60,431 nucleotides of DNA from Candidatus Enterousia sp. (GCA_045643965.1 JAZRGB010000042.1:1-60431), one strand, 5' to 3'. Shown: positions 9,503 through 18,737, counted from the first letter of the stretch. The notes: generated by a model from the sequence alone, not told the origin. Numbers and translations: made by a program.

Positions 9503-9727
9503 ATGCCAAACGTTATGCAACAATTATTTGTAATGAATATTGAATCATTGCTGCGTGAATATGCCGCATACAAGGCATTTAATAAATCAGACTGCGTTAT
9601 AAACATGCGTATTCCACGTCCAATTCTGGACAAGATAAAAGAACTGGCCGATGCCCAGCATGTACCATACCAATCACTAATATCTTCCGTTCTATTTTCA
9701 CTGGCAAACATCGAAGAAGGAAAGTAA
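9503..9727 (+). CDS. ribbon-helix-helix protein, BrnA/CopG-antitoxin-like
   Basis: 74 aa. C-terminal INMRIPRPILDKIKELADAQHVPYQSLISSVLFSLAN matches the recalled pattern of CopG/BrnA-type antitoxins (beta strand, then ...GIPYQ(S/T)LI...). RBS taggag lies 7 nt upstream of the ATG. Confidence 0.6.
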   Translation: MPNVMQQLFVMNIESLLREYAAYKAFNKSDCVINMRIPRPILDKIKELADAQHVPYQSLISSVLFSLANIEEGK

Positions 9728-9753
9728 CCTATCCCCAGCACAAAGGAATCCCC

Positions 9754-10668
9754 ATGAACAACAAAGAACAATTCCATGAACTTAATCAAACAAGACAACA
9801 TGATACACGGGGACAACAACTGGACTTATTCCAACCCAACAAACCATTAAACACAACTGACGAATACTGGTTCTTTTCTGATTTGCATCAAATTTTTGAC
9901 AGCAATACTTTTCCAATCAACCAGGCCATGGAAAAGACTGCACACGAAAAAATCATATATCCATACAGCGAAAAACCAACAACACAAGAAAAATTCAATT
10001 TTACCACCAGTCACTATGACACAATACAACACGCATACAAACTGGACTATCGCGAATTTAAACACGCAACAGATTTAAAATTAACACGTTTTGCATGCTG
10101 GTCTTTTCTACATGGGTCACCACAAACAATTTTTGGTCAGGTATATTTTATGTCCCCTGTATTAAATCCAGATATGGATTTCGATGCAATGCACACCATC
10201 GCATCAGAATACAAACGCATAAACCTGCGACACAGATTATCACAGGCAGAAAAAATTCTGTCCGGCATTTTGTACGGAAAACACGTTAACATCAAAGATT
10301 TTTACAATTCAACATCACTGGCATTATTTAACGGTCTAACATACAACGACATCAAAGAAATACATCATATACCAAACAAACAAAATGAAACACTATTGGA
10401 TTACATGGGCAGACACACATTACACGCACGTATCGCGGCCCTGTATCGCACATTCGACAAATACAACCACTCTACAAACAAATCAATACTACACTTAAAC
10501 GAACTATTGTGTAACGAACTGTTCGACAAACGCGTTGCAATGATAAACAGCACCGGCCGACGCCCAGAACAAGACATTTCACAACAACATATCGATAAAG
10601 TACAAAAACACCTGAACGATACAGAACGGGCATTTATAAAAAAATATTCAATTCAGAAATTAAGATAA
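9754..10668 (+). CDS. DinD (DNA-damage-inducible protein D)-like protein
   Basis: 304 aa. LKLTRFACWSFLHGSPQTIFGQVYF and LLDYMGRHTLHARIAALYRT resemble my recollection of E. coli DinD (LSRYACYLVVQNGDP...GQTYF and ILDHMGSTELAANLFRATQT). RBS aaagga. Sits 26 nt after the RHH gene. Confidence 0.5.
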   Translation: MNNKEQFHELNQTRQHDTRGQQLDLFQPNKPLNTTDEYWFFSDLHQIFDSNTFPINQAMEKTAHEKIIYPYSEKPTTQEKFNFTTSHYDTIQHAYKLDYREFKHATDLKLTRFACWSFLHGSPQTIFGQVYFMSPVLNPDMDFDAMHTIASEYKRINLRHRLSQAEKILSGILYGKHVNIKDFYNSTSLALFNGLTYNDIKEIHHIPNKQNETLLDYMGRHTLHARIAALYRTFDKYNHSTNKSILHLNELLCNELFDKRVAMINSTGRRPEQDISQQHIDKVQKHLNDTERAFIKKYSIQKLR

Positions 10669-10679
10669 ATAAAACAAAT

Positions 10680-10711
10680 AAAAAAATCCGGCATCGCCGG
10701 ATTCTTTTTTT
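10680..10711. terminator. bidirectional intrinsic terminator
   Basis: A-run, hairpin atccggc-atc-gccggat, then tctttttttt. Lies between convergent genes. Confidence 0.8.
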
Positions 10712-11072
10712 ACCAGTTCTCAAACGCTTTGGACGCACAACCCAAACTACCACCTTCGCCAGCAGCACCCATCAAGAAGGTTAATACCGCACCAACAGCA
10801 AATAACAGAACAAACCCAACCAGCAAGCCAATACCCTTTTCTTGAACCTTGGATAATTCAACTTTACCAGCAGAAATAAATTCCCATGCCCACTTTGCAA
10901 TAATAAATCCGGCACCAATAAACGCCATTATACGCAAAGTAACCAGCAAGCCGCCCAATTCTTTAATCAACTTGCACAACCCAGTATAATCAGCCTTAGC
11001 CGCAAATGCAGATGATGCACTTGCAATCAAAGCAACTGCTGCAAAACTAAACTTGTTCATAACTTTTTTCAT
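10710..11072 (-). CDS. small secreted two-TM membrane protein, TrbC/VirB2 (T4SS pilin)-like architecture
   Basis: 120 aa. Signal peptide ...ASASSAFA, then two hydrophobic helices (LLVTLRIMAFIGAGFIIAKWAW and IGLLVGFVLLFAVGAVLTFLMGAAG) separated by a charged loop. Size and topology match VirB2/TrbC; the call rests on architecture only. Confidence 0.35.
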   Translation of the reverse strand: MKKVMNKFSFAAVALIASASSAFAAKADYTGLCKLIKELGGLLVTLRIMAFIGAGFIIAKWAWEFISAGKVELSKVQEKGIGLLVGFVLLFAVGAVLTFLMGAAGEGGSLGCASKAFENW

Positions 11073-11134
11073 ACAAAACCCCTTTGTTCCTTTTACTGTA
11101 TTCTATCATAAAATTAACAGCAATTCAAACAATA

Positions 11135-11162
11135 AAAAACAAAAACCCGCCATACAGCGGGT
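11135..11162 (-). terminator. intrinsic terminator after the lipoprotein gene
   Basis: Hairpin acccgc-cataca-gcgggt. The minus strand reads hairpin followed by tttttgtttttt. Confidence 0.7.
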
Positions 11163-11168
11163 ATTATA

Positions 11169-11513
11169 TTATTTTACAAAAACATATTTTTTTGTTGTCT
11201 TTTTTTGACAGCAACCACAATCTGATTTAACAGTCTTTGGTGCAACAGTTGTCAAAACCTGACGTTCTGTACGTTGTACCTGACCTGCAACATCGTTCAA
11301 GTACAAATCACGACACATTGTGTTGCGATAAACAATTTCTTTATCTGTGTTCAATTCACGAATATCACTGGAATAACGATATCCCGCTTCTGTTGATGTA
11401 AAGATACAATCTTCACCATCTTGTACATAGCGAACATCACCCTTGTAATAATCATAAGAAGAACAACCGGCCAGAACAACCAAACCGAATAATACAAACA
11501 AAGTCTTTTTCAT
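11169..11513 (-). CDS. hypothetical lipoprotein
   Basis: Start moved to the internal ATG at 11513: MKKTLFVLFGLVVLAGC, a classical lipobox, with RBS aaaggg upstream. 114 aa, with Cys-rich tail DCGCC. Confidence 0.65.
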   Translation of the reverse strand: MKKTLFVLFGLVVLAGCSSYDYYKGDVRYVQDGEDCIFTSTEAGYRYSSDIRELNTDKEIVYRNTMCRDLYLNDVAGQVQRTERQVLTTVAPKTVKSDCGCCQKKTTKKYVFVK

Positions 11514-11665
11514 TTTTTTACCCTTTGTAAAATTACCGCTTTCTCTGTCCAGCCCCCGATTCGTAATAATTGTTACAAAAATTCCCAGATTGTCAAGAAA
11601 AGCACACAAAAAAACAGAAACAAAACCACACAAAATATGTTATAATCCAACCAAAGGGGATTTTT

Positions 11666-12610
11666 ATGAAATATACAGAACTGGGACTGGTTAACACAAA
11701 ACAAATGTTCGATAATGCAATCGCTGGCCAATACGCCGTACCTGCATTTAATTTTTACAACATGGAAACATTATCCGCAATACTGGATGCCGCACGAACA
11801 ACACACAGTCCTGTTATATTGGCCGTATCTGAATCTGCACTTAAATACATGGGCGACGATATGTTAATTGGTATGATACGTGGTGCAAATATACAACCAC
11901 ACGAACAAATCGCCCTGCACCTAGACCACGGTGGCAGTATTGACGCATGCAAACACGCAATCGAACTTGGTTTTTCATCAGTTATGATTGACGCCAGCAA
12001 AATGCCATTTGATGAAAACATAGAAATTTCAAAAACGGTTGCAGAAATAGCACACAAACACAATGTTTCTGTCGAAGCAGAACTGGGCACACTTGGCGGC
12101 ATCGAAGACGAAAATACTTTTGGCACCATTGGTTACACAAAACCTGACGACGTTGAAAAATTCGTATCACAAACAAACATTGATTCTCTGGCAATCGCAA
12201 TTGGAACCAGTCACGGTGCATACAAAAGAAAACACGCTGCCGAAGAATTAAGATTTGATATCTTGGCAGAAATTGCAAAACGTTTGCCAGAATTTCCACT
12301 GGTACTGCACGGTGCATCAAACATCCCACAAAAACTAATCTGCACAATCAATGAATTTGGCGGAAAAATATCCGGGGCACTGGGGATTGATGACACACAA
12401 CTGCGTCGTGCAACCCAAATGAACATTTGCAAAATAAATGTGGACAGTGACCTGCGTTTGGCATTTACAGCCGGCATACGAAAATCATTATTCGAAAATC
12501 CAAACAACTTTAACCCACGCGACTATTTAAAAGCAGCCAAACTTGCCATTACACAAACATGTGTCGATGAAATAAAAAACATCATGGGTTCTGATAATAA
12601 AATAAATTAG
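11666..12610 (+). CDS. fba: class II fructose-/ketose-bisphosphate aldolase
   Basis: Motifs AVPAFNF, LHLDHG, GTSHGAYK, LVLHGAS. ATG at 11666 follows RBS aagggga. An upstream tgttataat extended -10 lies at 11638-11646. Confidence 0.9.
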   Translation: MKYTELGLVNTKQMFDNAIAGQYAVPAFNFYNMETLSAILDAARTTHSPVILAVSESALKYMGDDMLIGMIRGANIQPHEQIALHLDHGGSIDACKHAIELGFSSVMIDASKMPFDENIEISKTVAEIAHKHNVSVEAELGTLGGIEDENTFGTIGYTKPDDVEKFVSQTNIDSLAIAIGTSHGAYKRKHAAEELRFDILAEIAKRLPEFPLVLHGASNIPQKLICTINEFGGKISGALGIDDTQLRRATQMNICKINVDSDLRLAFTAGIRKSLFENPNNFNPRDYLKAAKLAITQTCVDEIKNIMGSDNKIN

Positions 12611-12704
12611 AATGATTTAGATAAAAAGAAATCGGAAATCGTAGTGTACTTAACGCTACATGAGAGTTCCGATTTGTTTTTAGATGAATTATTATAATTT
12701 ATTT
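12600..12704. repeat. palindromic repeat element, copy A (MITE/REP-like)
   Basis: Terminal inverted repeats aaataaatta / taatttattt, subterminal tttagat motifs, and a central hairpin aaatcggaa...gtag-N-ctac...ttccgattt. Same architecture as the copies at 24695 and 24803. Spans the fba stop and the efp stop. Confidence 0.85.
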
Positions 12705-13268
12705 TGCACGTTCTACGTATTCTAATGTTTCAGTATTTACAACAATCTTTTCACCTTGTTCAATAAATAATGGAACTTGAACACGAACACCGTTATCCAA
12801 GATAGCAGGTTTTCCACCACTGGACGAAACAGTCTGACCTTTTAATGCGGGTTCTGTTTCTTCAACAGTTGCAACAACTGTTTTTGGCAATGAAATAGAT
12901 ACTGGCTGACCTTCAACAAAATTTGCTTTTACAACCATTTCTGGTGCCAAGAATTTCATCGATTCTCCCAATGATTCAACCGGCATTGTAAACTGTTCAT
13001 AATCAGACAAATTCATAAAGAACGCATCTGTGCCATCAGCATACAAATATTGACAATCAAAATCTTCAACCATCAACTTTTCAACTTTGTCTTCTGCACG
13101 CCAACGATCACCACCTTTGTTACCAGAATCAATATCACGCAAGTCTGCCTGAACAAACGCACCGCCCTTGCCTGGTTTAACCTTGGTAATAGATGTAACA
13201 GAATAACGTTTACCATTATGCGAAATCACCCAACCAACACGCATATCATTTGCAATATAAGATGCCAT
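12699..13268 (-). CDS. efp: translation elongation factor P
   Basis: 189 aa. Contains VKPGKGGAFVQ (the conserved Lys loop) and the EF-P OB-domain pattern throughout. Confidence 0.93.
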   Translation of the reverse strand: MASYIANDMRVGWVISHNGKRYSVTSITKVKPGKGGAFVQADLRDIDSGNKGGDRWRAEDKVEKLMVEDFDCQYLYADGTDAFFMNLSDYEQFTMPVESLGESMKFLAPEMVVKANFVEGQPVSISLPKTVVATVEETEPALKGQTVSSSGGKPAILDNGVRVQVPLFIEQGEKIVVNTETLEYVERAK

Positions 13269-13335
13269 AATAAATACCCCTTGTTTTATTTAACTGTTTG
13301 ATTATACGAACGAACAAATTCAACGCAAGAACTTT

Positions 13336-13878
13336 TTATTGTGCATTGCGTTTATTTGCCCAATATCTGTCGATACTGTCCATAATTAATTTATCCGCGG
13401 CTTCCCTGTCTGCCCAACCAATAACCTTGGACCATGCATGTGGCTGCAAATCCTTGTAATGCTGAAAGAAATATTTTATTTTTGAACGCAAAATCGCAGG
13501 CAATTGTTCGATAAATTCTGTATCTGTATAAAATGGATCAACCTTGTCACGTGGGACACAAATAATTTTTTCATCACCACCCGCCTGATCTTCCATTAAC
13601 AACGCACCGATTGGACGAACTTCAATTAAAATACCTGGACGCAGTGGTGCATTACAAACAACCACACAATCCAATGGGTCACCATCATCACCCAACGTAC
13701 CTGGAAAATATCCATAATTCGCTGGATACGCCATTGGTGCATGCAAAATTCTGTCCGCCTTTAACAAGCCTGTTTCTTTATTAATTTCATATTTAACATA
13801 TCCACCTTCGGCAACTTCGATAATTGCGTTCATTTTTTTTGGCGGCATAGATCCTGGTGCTATTTCATCTAAAATCAT
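13336..13878 (-). CDS. ppa: inorganic pyrophosphatase (family I)
   Basis: Motifs YPANYGYFPGT, DGDPLD, EDQAGGDEKI. ATG at 13878 follows RBS agagga. The track start at 13932 adds 18 unlikely residues. Confidence 0.9.
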   Translation of the reverse strand: MILDEIAPGSMPPKKMNAIIEVAEGGYVKYEINKETGLLKADRILHAPMAYPANYGYFPGTLGDDGDPLDCVVVCNAPLRPGILIEVRPIGALLMEDQAGGDEKIICVPRDKVDPFYTDTEFIEQLPAILRSKIKYFFQHYKDLQPHAWSKVIGWADREAADKLIMDSIDRYWANKRNAQ

Positions 13879-13940
13879 ATATTCCTCTTTTGTTTGTGCT
13901 TTAAAGGGTACCATAAAATTTTTAATTTGCAATTTATTGC

Positions 13941-13968
13941 CAAAATAAAAACCGCTGTCTGCGGTTTT
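13941..13968 (-). terminator. intrinsic terminator after dnaN
   Basis: Hairpin aaaaccgc-tgtct-gcggtttt with a T-run on the minus strand. Confidence 0.75.
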
Positions 13969-13980
13969 TATTTTTTTATT

Positions 13981-15099
13981 TTACATTCTCATCGGCATTA
14001 ATACATACAACGCGTCTGTATCCTTGTCGGTTGAATTTATCTTTGTCGGTGCCAATGGGTCTTGCATTTCCATCTGGAATTTTTCACCTTCGACCTGACC
14101 TGCAACATCCAACAAGAACTTTACATTAAATACAACAGTAAATGACGCATCACCATTATATTCAATATCTAATTCTTGGGTTGCAGTACCAGCATCTGGA
14201 CTGGACGCATTGATAACCAATTTGTTCATACTGAAAGTCAATTGAACTGATTTTGTTTTATCAACACTGGCCACAGAAACCAAGTCAACCGCATTAATAA
14301 ACTGTTTTCTATCCAAGATAGCAATCTTGTCATTACCCTTTGGAATAACAACACGATAGTTTGGATATTGTGCATCAACCAATTTGCTGGTCAAAATTGC
14401 AGAACCAACTGTAAAACGTGCCTTGGTATCAGACAATTCAATCATAACATCGTCAACATTTGCATCTTCCAGCAATTTAGACAATTCACCAATTACACGG
14501 CGTGGCAAAATAACTGCTGGCATCTCTGCACTGCCTGCTGGTGCTGGCATTGCACACAGTGCCATACGTTGTGCGTCTGTTGCAACCGCTGTTAATTTTG
14601 CTTCACCACTATCATCAGAAATGTGGAAATAAATACCGCCTAAATCATAACGAACATCATCTGTTGGAATTGCAAACTTTGTTTGATTAATCAAGTGTGC
14701 CAAATCACCAGTTGTCATCTGGAATTTAGTAGTCAAATTACTGCCCGCCATTGCTGGGAAATTTTCTGCTGGCAATGTTGGCAAACGAAATACAGCACGA
14801 CCACTGGAGACAACCAACTGATCACCAGACTGCTTAAAAGATATTTCTGCATCATCTGGCAATTTACGAACAATATCATACAGCATCTGCACAGGAACAG
14901 TTGTTTTACCGCCCAATGTAATATCTGCAGCCACATGTTCAACCAATTCTAAATCAACATTCGTAGCAGACAAAACCAAATCATCCGCAACTTCTAACTT
15001 AACATTCATCAATATCGGCAGTGTTGCACGCTTTTCAACAATAGACTGCATATGTCCCAGCGCACGTATCAAAACCTGACGAAATACTGAAAATTCCAT
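13981..15099 (-). CDS. dnaN: DNA polymerase III beta sliding clamp
   Basis: 372 aa. Typical N-terminus (F...R..L...L..V..IVEKR.TLPIL.NV.L) and C-terminal ...YVLMPMRM. RBS aggag upstream. Confidence 0.93.
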   Translation of the reverse strand: MEFSVFRQVLIRALGHMQSIVEKRATLPILMNVKLEVADDLVLSATNVDLELVEHVAADITLGGKTTVPVQMLYDIVRKLPDDAEISFKQSGDQLVVSSGRAVFRLPTLPAENFPAMAGSNLTTKFQMTTGDLAHLINQTKFAIPTDDVRYDLGGIYFHISDDSGEAKLTAVATDAQRMALCAMPAPAGSAEMPAVILPRRVIGELSKLLEDANVDDVMIELSDTKARFTVGSAILTSKLVDAQYPNYRVVIPKGNDKIAILDRKQFINAVDLVSVASVDKTKSVQLTFSMNKLVINASSPDAGTATQELDIEYNGDASFTVVFNVKFLLDVAGQVEGEKFQMEMQDPLAPTKINSTDKDTDALYVLMPMRM

Positions 15100-15163
15100 T
15101 ATACGCTCCTGTTTCCTTGTACTTATATGTGTGGTTTCCTACACTCGTTGTTCATAGTGTACC

Positions 15164-15182
15164 AAAAAACACCGATTCGGTG
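15164..15182 (-). terminator. intrinsic terminator after the asmA-like gene
   Basis: Hairpin caccg-att-cggtg. The minus strand is followed by tttttt. Confidence 0.6.
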
Positions 15183-15201
15183 CAAGACCAAAAGAACGCT
15201 A

Positions 15202-17283
15202 TTAATTTTCTTTATTATCGACAGGATTTAAAACAGTCCCGATTAATTCAGAAACATCTGTTGCCATCCATTCTGGATCTTCTGAATACGACGGTGCACC
15301 TTTCTTTAATGCAGTTTCGCAAGGGTGTGCATCCGCCAACCAATTTTCCAGCAAATCACCTGCAACCAAACCAATACCAGCACCAGCGACCAAACTTAAA
15401 CCACCTGTTAATGGGGCTAATAACAAACCAATACCCGTTGCAGATGCGACCTTACTTGCCACTGCTGCCCCGCTGACCTTTACATCAGGTTCCGCCAAAC
15501 TGCCAGTCAATTCAACAGAATTCACAACTTTACCAGTTAAAGACAATTTTAATCCACGTACAGGAACAGTAGTTAACGCCAAATTCATTGCTTCACCACC
15601 CAAATCCAAACTGCCAGCCAATCGGACATTTATAGCATTTGTTTCAATTGCAAAACCATTTTGTGTTTCAAAAACACCATCACGCAATTTTGCATTAAGT
15701 GCCAAACAAGAAATCTTTATTTGATTATATTTCTTTTCAGAATTAAACAAGTCTTGGATACTATGACGCAAACTGGTTAAAAAATCTGTTCCATACATAT
15801 ATGCAACCAATTTAGAATGTGCATAACCATTGTCCACCGAATACACATACACAGGCCCTGTTATTGTTTGCATAATTTCTGACAAATTTTTTCCCTGTGC
15901 TTTGACATATAAATCAATATTAACCGGCAAATCAGAAATAAAATTATTTATATTAATTTCATTTAAAATATCACCAACATAAACATGTTTTCCTGCAAAG
16001 GCAATTTCTGCATCCAACACACCTTCAGAATCAACAGTGCCATCTATCCCGAAAACAACATCACCTTCTGCAATTGATAAATTTGAATCTATTCTCAGAT
16101 TATTATCTTTTACAACCAAATCTAAATTCATATTTTGAATATTTAAATTCTTGTACATTATAAAATCATCAAGTTTGATATTTACATTTACATCCTTGTT
16201 GTACACCCAATCACCGAACAGCGGAATATTTTTAAAGACATTTAATTCACGATTTGGCTTTGCTTTTATACGTCCATACATATTTGGAAACAATCTTGCC
16301 AATTCCATACGACGTGAAAATATATTTGCATTTATCACAGGAATTGTTTTCGACCAATCAACACTGCCACTTACCGTAAATTCTGTACCATTTATCAACA
16401 ACGAAGACTTTCTTATGGTTAATTTTTTTCTATCAAAGCCACCCGCCACATTAACATGCATATTATGAACTTCTGGCAACTTAACACCAAAGAAATTTCC
16501 AACAACATTAATATTTGGCATATCACCTTTAACAATAAAATCTATTGGTTGCTTACTTGTTCCTTCTAATGCAATATTTGCAATCAAGGCCTGCCCTTTG
16601 GTTGAAATAGCAACCTGTACAGGATAAATTTTTCTATCTGCGTTATATTCAGATAACGCAACAATAAAAGGCGACACATCAGTCCCCAGTTTTATCCAAC
16701 CAGAATATTGTCGTTTATCAGACTCAGGCATCAATCTGACATTAAATCCAGCCAACGAATATTTTTTACCCAAAATATTTGCATTTAATTTTTTGATTTC
16801 AACCCCACCCAAACCAAAATCTTTAAATGGATATTTTTCTATTTTCTTTGTATCAATATCTGTTTCTGTTTTTTTATTCAACACTGGCACAGAATATTTG
16901 CCATCTGCATTCTGTTCGACATTTATATTAACATTGTACATCTTTACATTTTGAATTGTTGGTCTGTCACGAAACAAAGACAACAAGTTCACACGAACAT
17001 CAACCCTGTCTGCGATATAAGCATACTTATCTTTTGCCCAATCCGGATTTACAATATAAACCTTATTCAGCTCAATTCTTGGTTGCAAAGAAAAATGCCA
17101 CGCAACACCACCTTCAACCTGAACAGGCAAACCAGTTGAATCCTGTAAAACAGACACAACGCTGCTACGTAATGTTTCCAGATTCACCTGACTTAACGCA
17201 ACAACCAATGCCACCACCAGTCCCACAACAACCAAGCAGAACATACGTACAATCGGAAAAAATAAACTTCTTCTTACAATCAT
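15202..17283 (-). CDS. AsmA-family outer-membrane assembly / lipid-transport protein
   Basis: 693 aa. N-terminal TM anchor, a long beta-rich body and a Gly/Ala-rich hydrophobic C-terminal region, as in AsmA/TamB-like proteins. ATGA overlap with the upstream rluC. Confidence 0.7.
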   Translation of the reverse strand: MIVRRSLFFPIVRMFCLVVVGLVVALVVALSQVNLETLRSSVVSVLQDSTGLPVQVEGGVAWHFSLQPRIELNKVYIVNPDWAKDKYAYIADRVDVRVNLLSLFRDRPTIQNVKMYNVNINVEQNADGKYSVPVLNKKTETDIDTKKIEKYPFKDFGLGGVEIKKLNANILGKKYSLAGFNVRLMPESDKRQYSGWIKLGTDVSPFIVALSEYNADRKIYPVQVAISTKGQALIANIALEGTSKQPIDFIVKGDMPNINVVGNFFGVKLPEVHNMHVNVAGGFDRKKLTIRKSSLLINGTEFTVSGSVDWSKTIPVINANIFSRRMELARLFPNMYGRIKAKPNRELNVFKNIPLFGDWVYNKDVNVNIKLDDFIMYKNLNIQNMNLDLVVKDNNLRIDSNLSIAEGDVVFGIDGTVDSEGVLDAEIAFAGKHVYVGDILNEININNFISDLPVNIDLYVKAQGKNLSEIMQTITGPVYVYSVDNGYAHSKLVAYMYGTDFLTSLRHSIQDLFNSEKKYNQIKISCLALNAKLRDGVFETQNGFAIETNAINVRLAGSLDLGGEAMNLALTTVPVRGLKLSLTGKVVNSVELTGSLAEPDVKVSGAAVASKVASATGIGLLLAPLTGGLSLVAGAGIGLVAGDLLENWLADAHPCETALKKGAPSYSEDPEWMATDVSELIGTVLNPVDNKEN

Positions 17284-18251
17284 GGCAACTTAAATTCCAA
17301 GAATTTCATCACTGGCATCATAAAATCTGGAATCGATGCACGCAATGTCATCATACGACCTGTTGATGGATGTTGAAATGTTATTTTATAAGCAAATAAA
17401 AACAAATTATTTGTTTGTAACATAGATTGCAAAACTGTATCAACCCGTTGATTTCTGCCGTACAGATCATCACCAACAATCGGTGCTTTTAATGTCAATG
17501 CACTATGTAATCTTAATTGATGTGTACGACCTGTCTTTGGAGAAAATTTCACCCACGACAAACTTGACGTAGCATTTGACAGCACTTTATATTCTGTTAT
17601 TGCACGTTGTGGTCTGGGTCCTGTTCCATTATTCAAACGTGTTGGCTCATCAAACACCTGCCCTTTTAACATAAAATTATCAATTGTCCCATTTTTTGGG
17701 TTAACACTTCCATTTAACAATGCCAAATATTCTTTGTGTGCTTTTTTATTTTGAAACGCATCAGACAAAACCTGGGCGGCACGTTGATTTTTTGCAACAA
17801 CCAAAACCCCACTTGTTTCTTTATCCAAACGATGAACCAAGGAAATTTTATCATACGGGAACAATGCTGCCGCCATCTTATCAACTGATTTTCTGATACC
17901 TGTTCCACCCTGCACCGCCAATCCAGCAGGCTTGTTAAAAACAACAATATCATCATCATTGTGAATGATACACTGACGTAATTTTTCTAAGTCAGACAAA
18001 GAAAAACAATCACCCGTTTCTGTCTTTTTATTCCGTTCTTCTGCATAAGACATAACTGTTGGCGGAACACGCACTGCATCGCCTGTACGCAAGATTTCTT
18101 GTCCTTTGACACGTTTTGAATTCACGCGTATTTGTCCACCACGACACAATTTATAAAATTCACGTTGTGGCATTGATGGAAAATGTCGCAAAAACCAACG
18201 CAACAAACGTACACCATCTTCGACTTTTGAAATCTCTATAAAATCCGCCAT
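17280..18251 (-). CDS. rluC: 23S rRNA pseudouridine synthase, RluC-like (RluA family with S4 domain)
   Basis: S4-like N-terminus (LLRWFLRHFPSMPQREFYKLCRGGQIRVNSKRV...GDAVRVPP), catalytic HRLDKETSGVLVVAKN, and GRTHQLRLH. Confidence 0.85.
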   Translation of the reverse strand: MADFIEISKVEDGVRLLRWFLRHFPSMPQREFYKLCRGGQIRVNSKRVKGQEILRTGDAVRVPPTVMSYAEERNKKTETGDCFSLSDLEKLRQCIIHNDDDIVVFNKPAGLAVQGGTGIRKSVDKMAAALFPYDKISLVHRLDKETSGVLVVAKNQRAAQVLSDAFQNKKAHKEYLALLNGSVNPKNGTIDNFMLKGQVFDEPTRLNNGTGPRPQRAITEYKVLSNATSSLSWVKFSPKTGRTHQLRLHSALTLKAPIVGDDLYGRNQRVDTVLQSMLQTNNLFLFAYKITFQHPSTGRMMTLRASIPDFMMPVMKFLEFKLP

Positions 18252-18272
18252 ACAGACGCCTTTTTCTTCTTA

Positions 18273-18737
18273 CTATTCACCGAACACTATCTGTACAGAA
18301 TTTGTTCCATTTGTTCCATCACACGAACCTGTTGCACCACCCGTTTTTCCATCAGACAATTTGTATCCAACAGAATCAGACCATGCCTTTGCAACCAATG
18401 ATTTACATTCTGATTGTCCCAATCCATTAATTGTAACAACAAACTGACGTGAATTAGACGGATTTACACCCAATACATAAGAACCACCATATGGGTTTTT
18501 ATCAGACATACCAATTACACTGAAAATCGTACTGCCATCCATACTTGAAAAATCATCATATTCTGCATGAATATTACGCACCATTGTCACCATCTGAACA
18601 ACTTCATCATTAACTGCAGTCAACTTTTGCGTACGCATTGCAGTCGAAATCATACCAATTGCCCCAACAGTTATAACCCCCATAATTGCCAGCACACCCA
18701 GCATTTCAATCATTGAACGACCAGATTCTTGTCTCAT
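18273..18737 (-). CDS. type IV pilin / T2SS pseudopilin-like protein
   Basis: 154 aa. Class III leader MRQESG|RSMIEMLGVLAIMGVITVGAI with Glu at +5 after the conserved Gly. C-terminal Cys pair (SECKSLV...GSCDG). Only 21 nt upstream of rluC. Confidence 0.7.
   Translation of the reverse strand: MRQESGRSMIEMLGVLAIMGVITVGAIGMISTAMRTQKLTAVNDEVVQMVTMVRNIHAEYDDFSSMDGSTIFSVIGMSDKNPYGGSYVLGVNPSNSRQFVVTINGLGQSECKSLVAKAWSDSVGYKLSDGKTGGATGSCDGTNGTNSVQIVFGE

Noticed and set aside
9343-9819. 158-aa minus-strand ORF covering the RHH gene and its promoter
   Set aside because: It overlaps a plus-strand gene that has a good RBS, a promoter and an RHH motif. The minus-strand product is Cys/Phe-rich nonsense with no start signals.
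15117-15476. 119-aa plus-strand ORF overlapping the dnaN-asmA intergenic region and the asmA 3' end
   Set aside because: It crosses the asmA terminator and lies antisense to the AsmA C-terminus. It has no RBS and its composition is His/Gln/Pro-rich noise.
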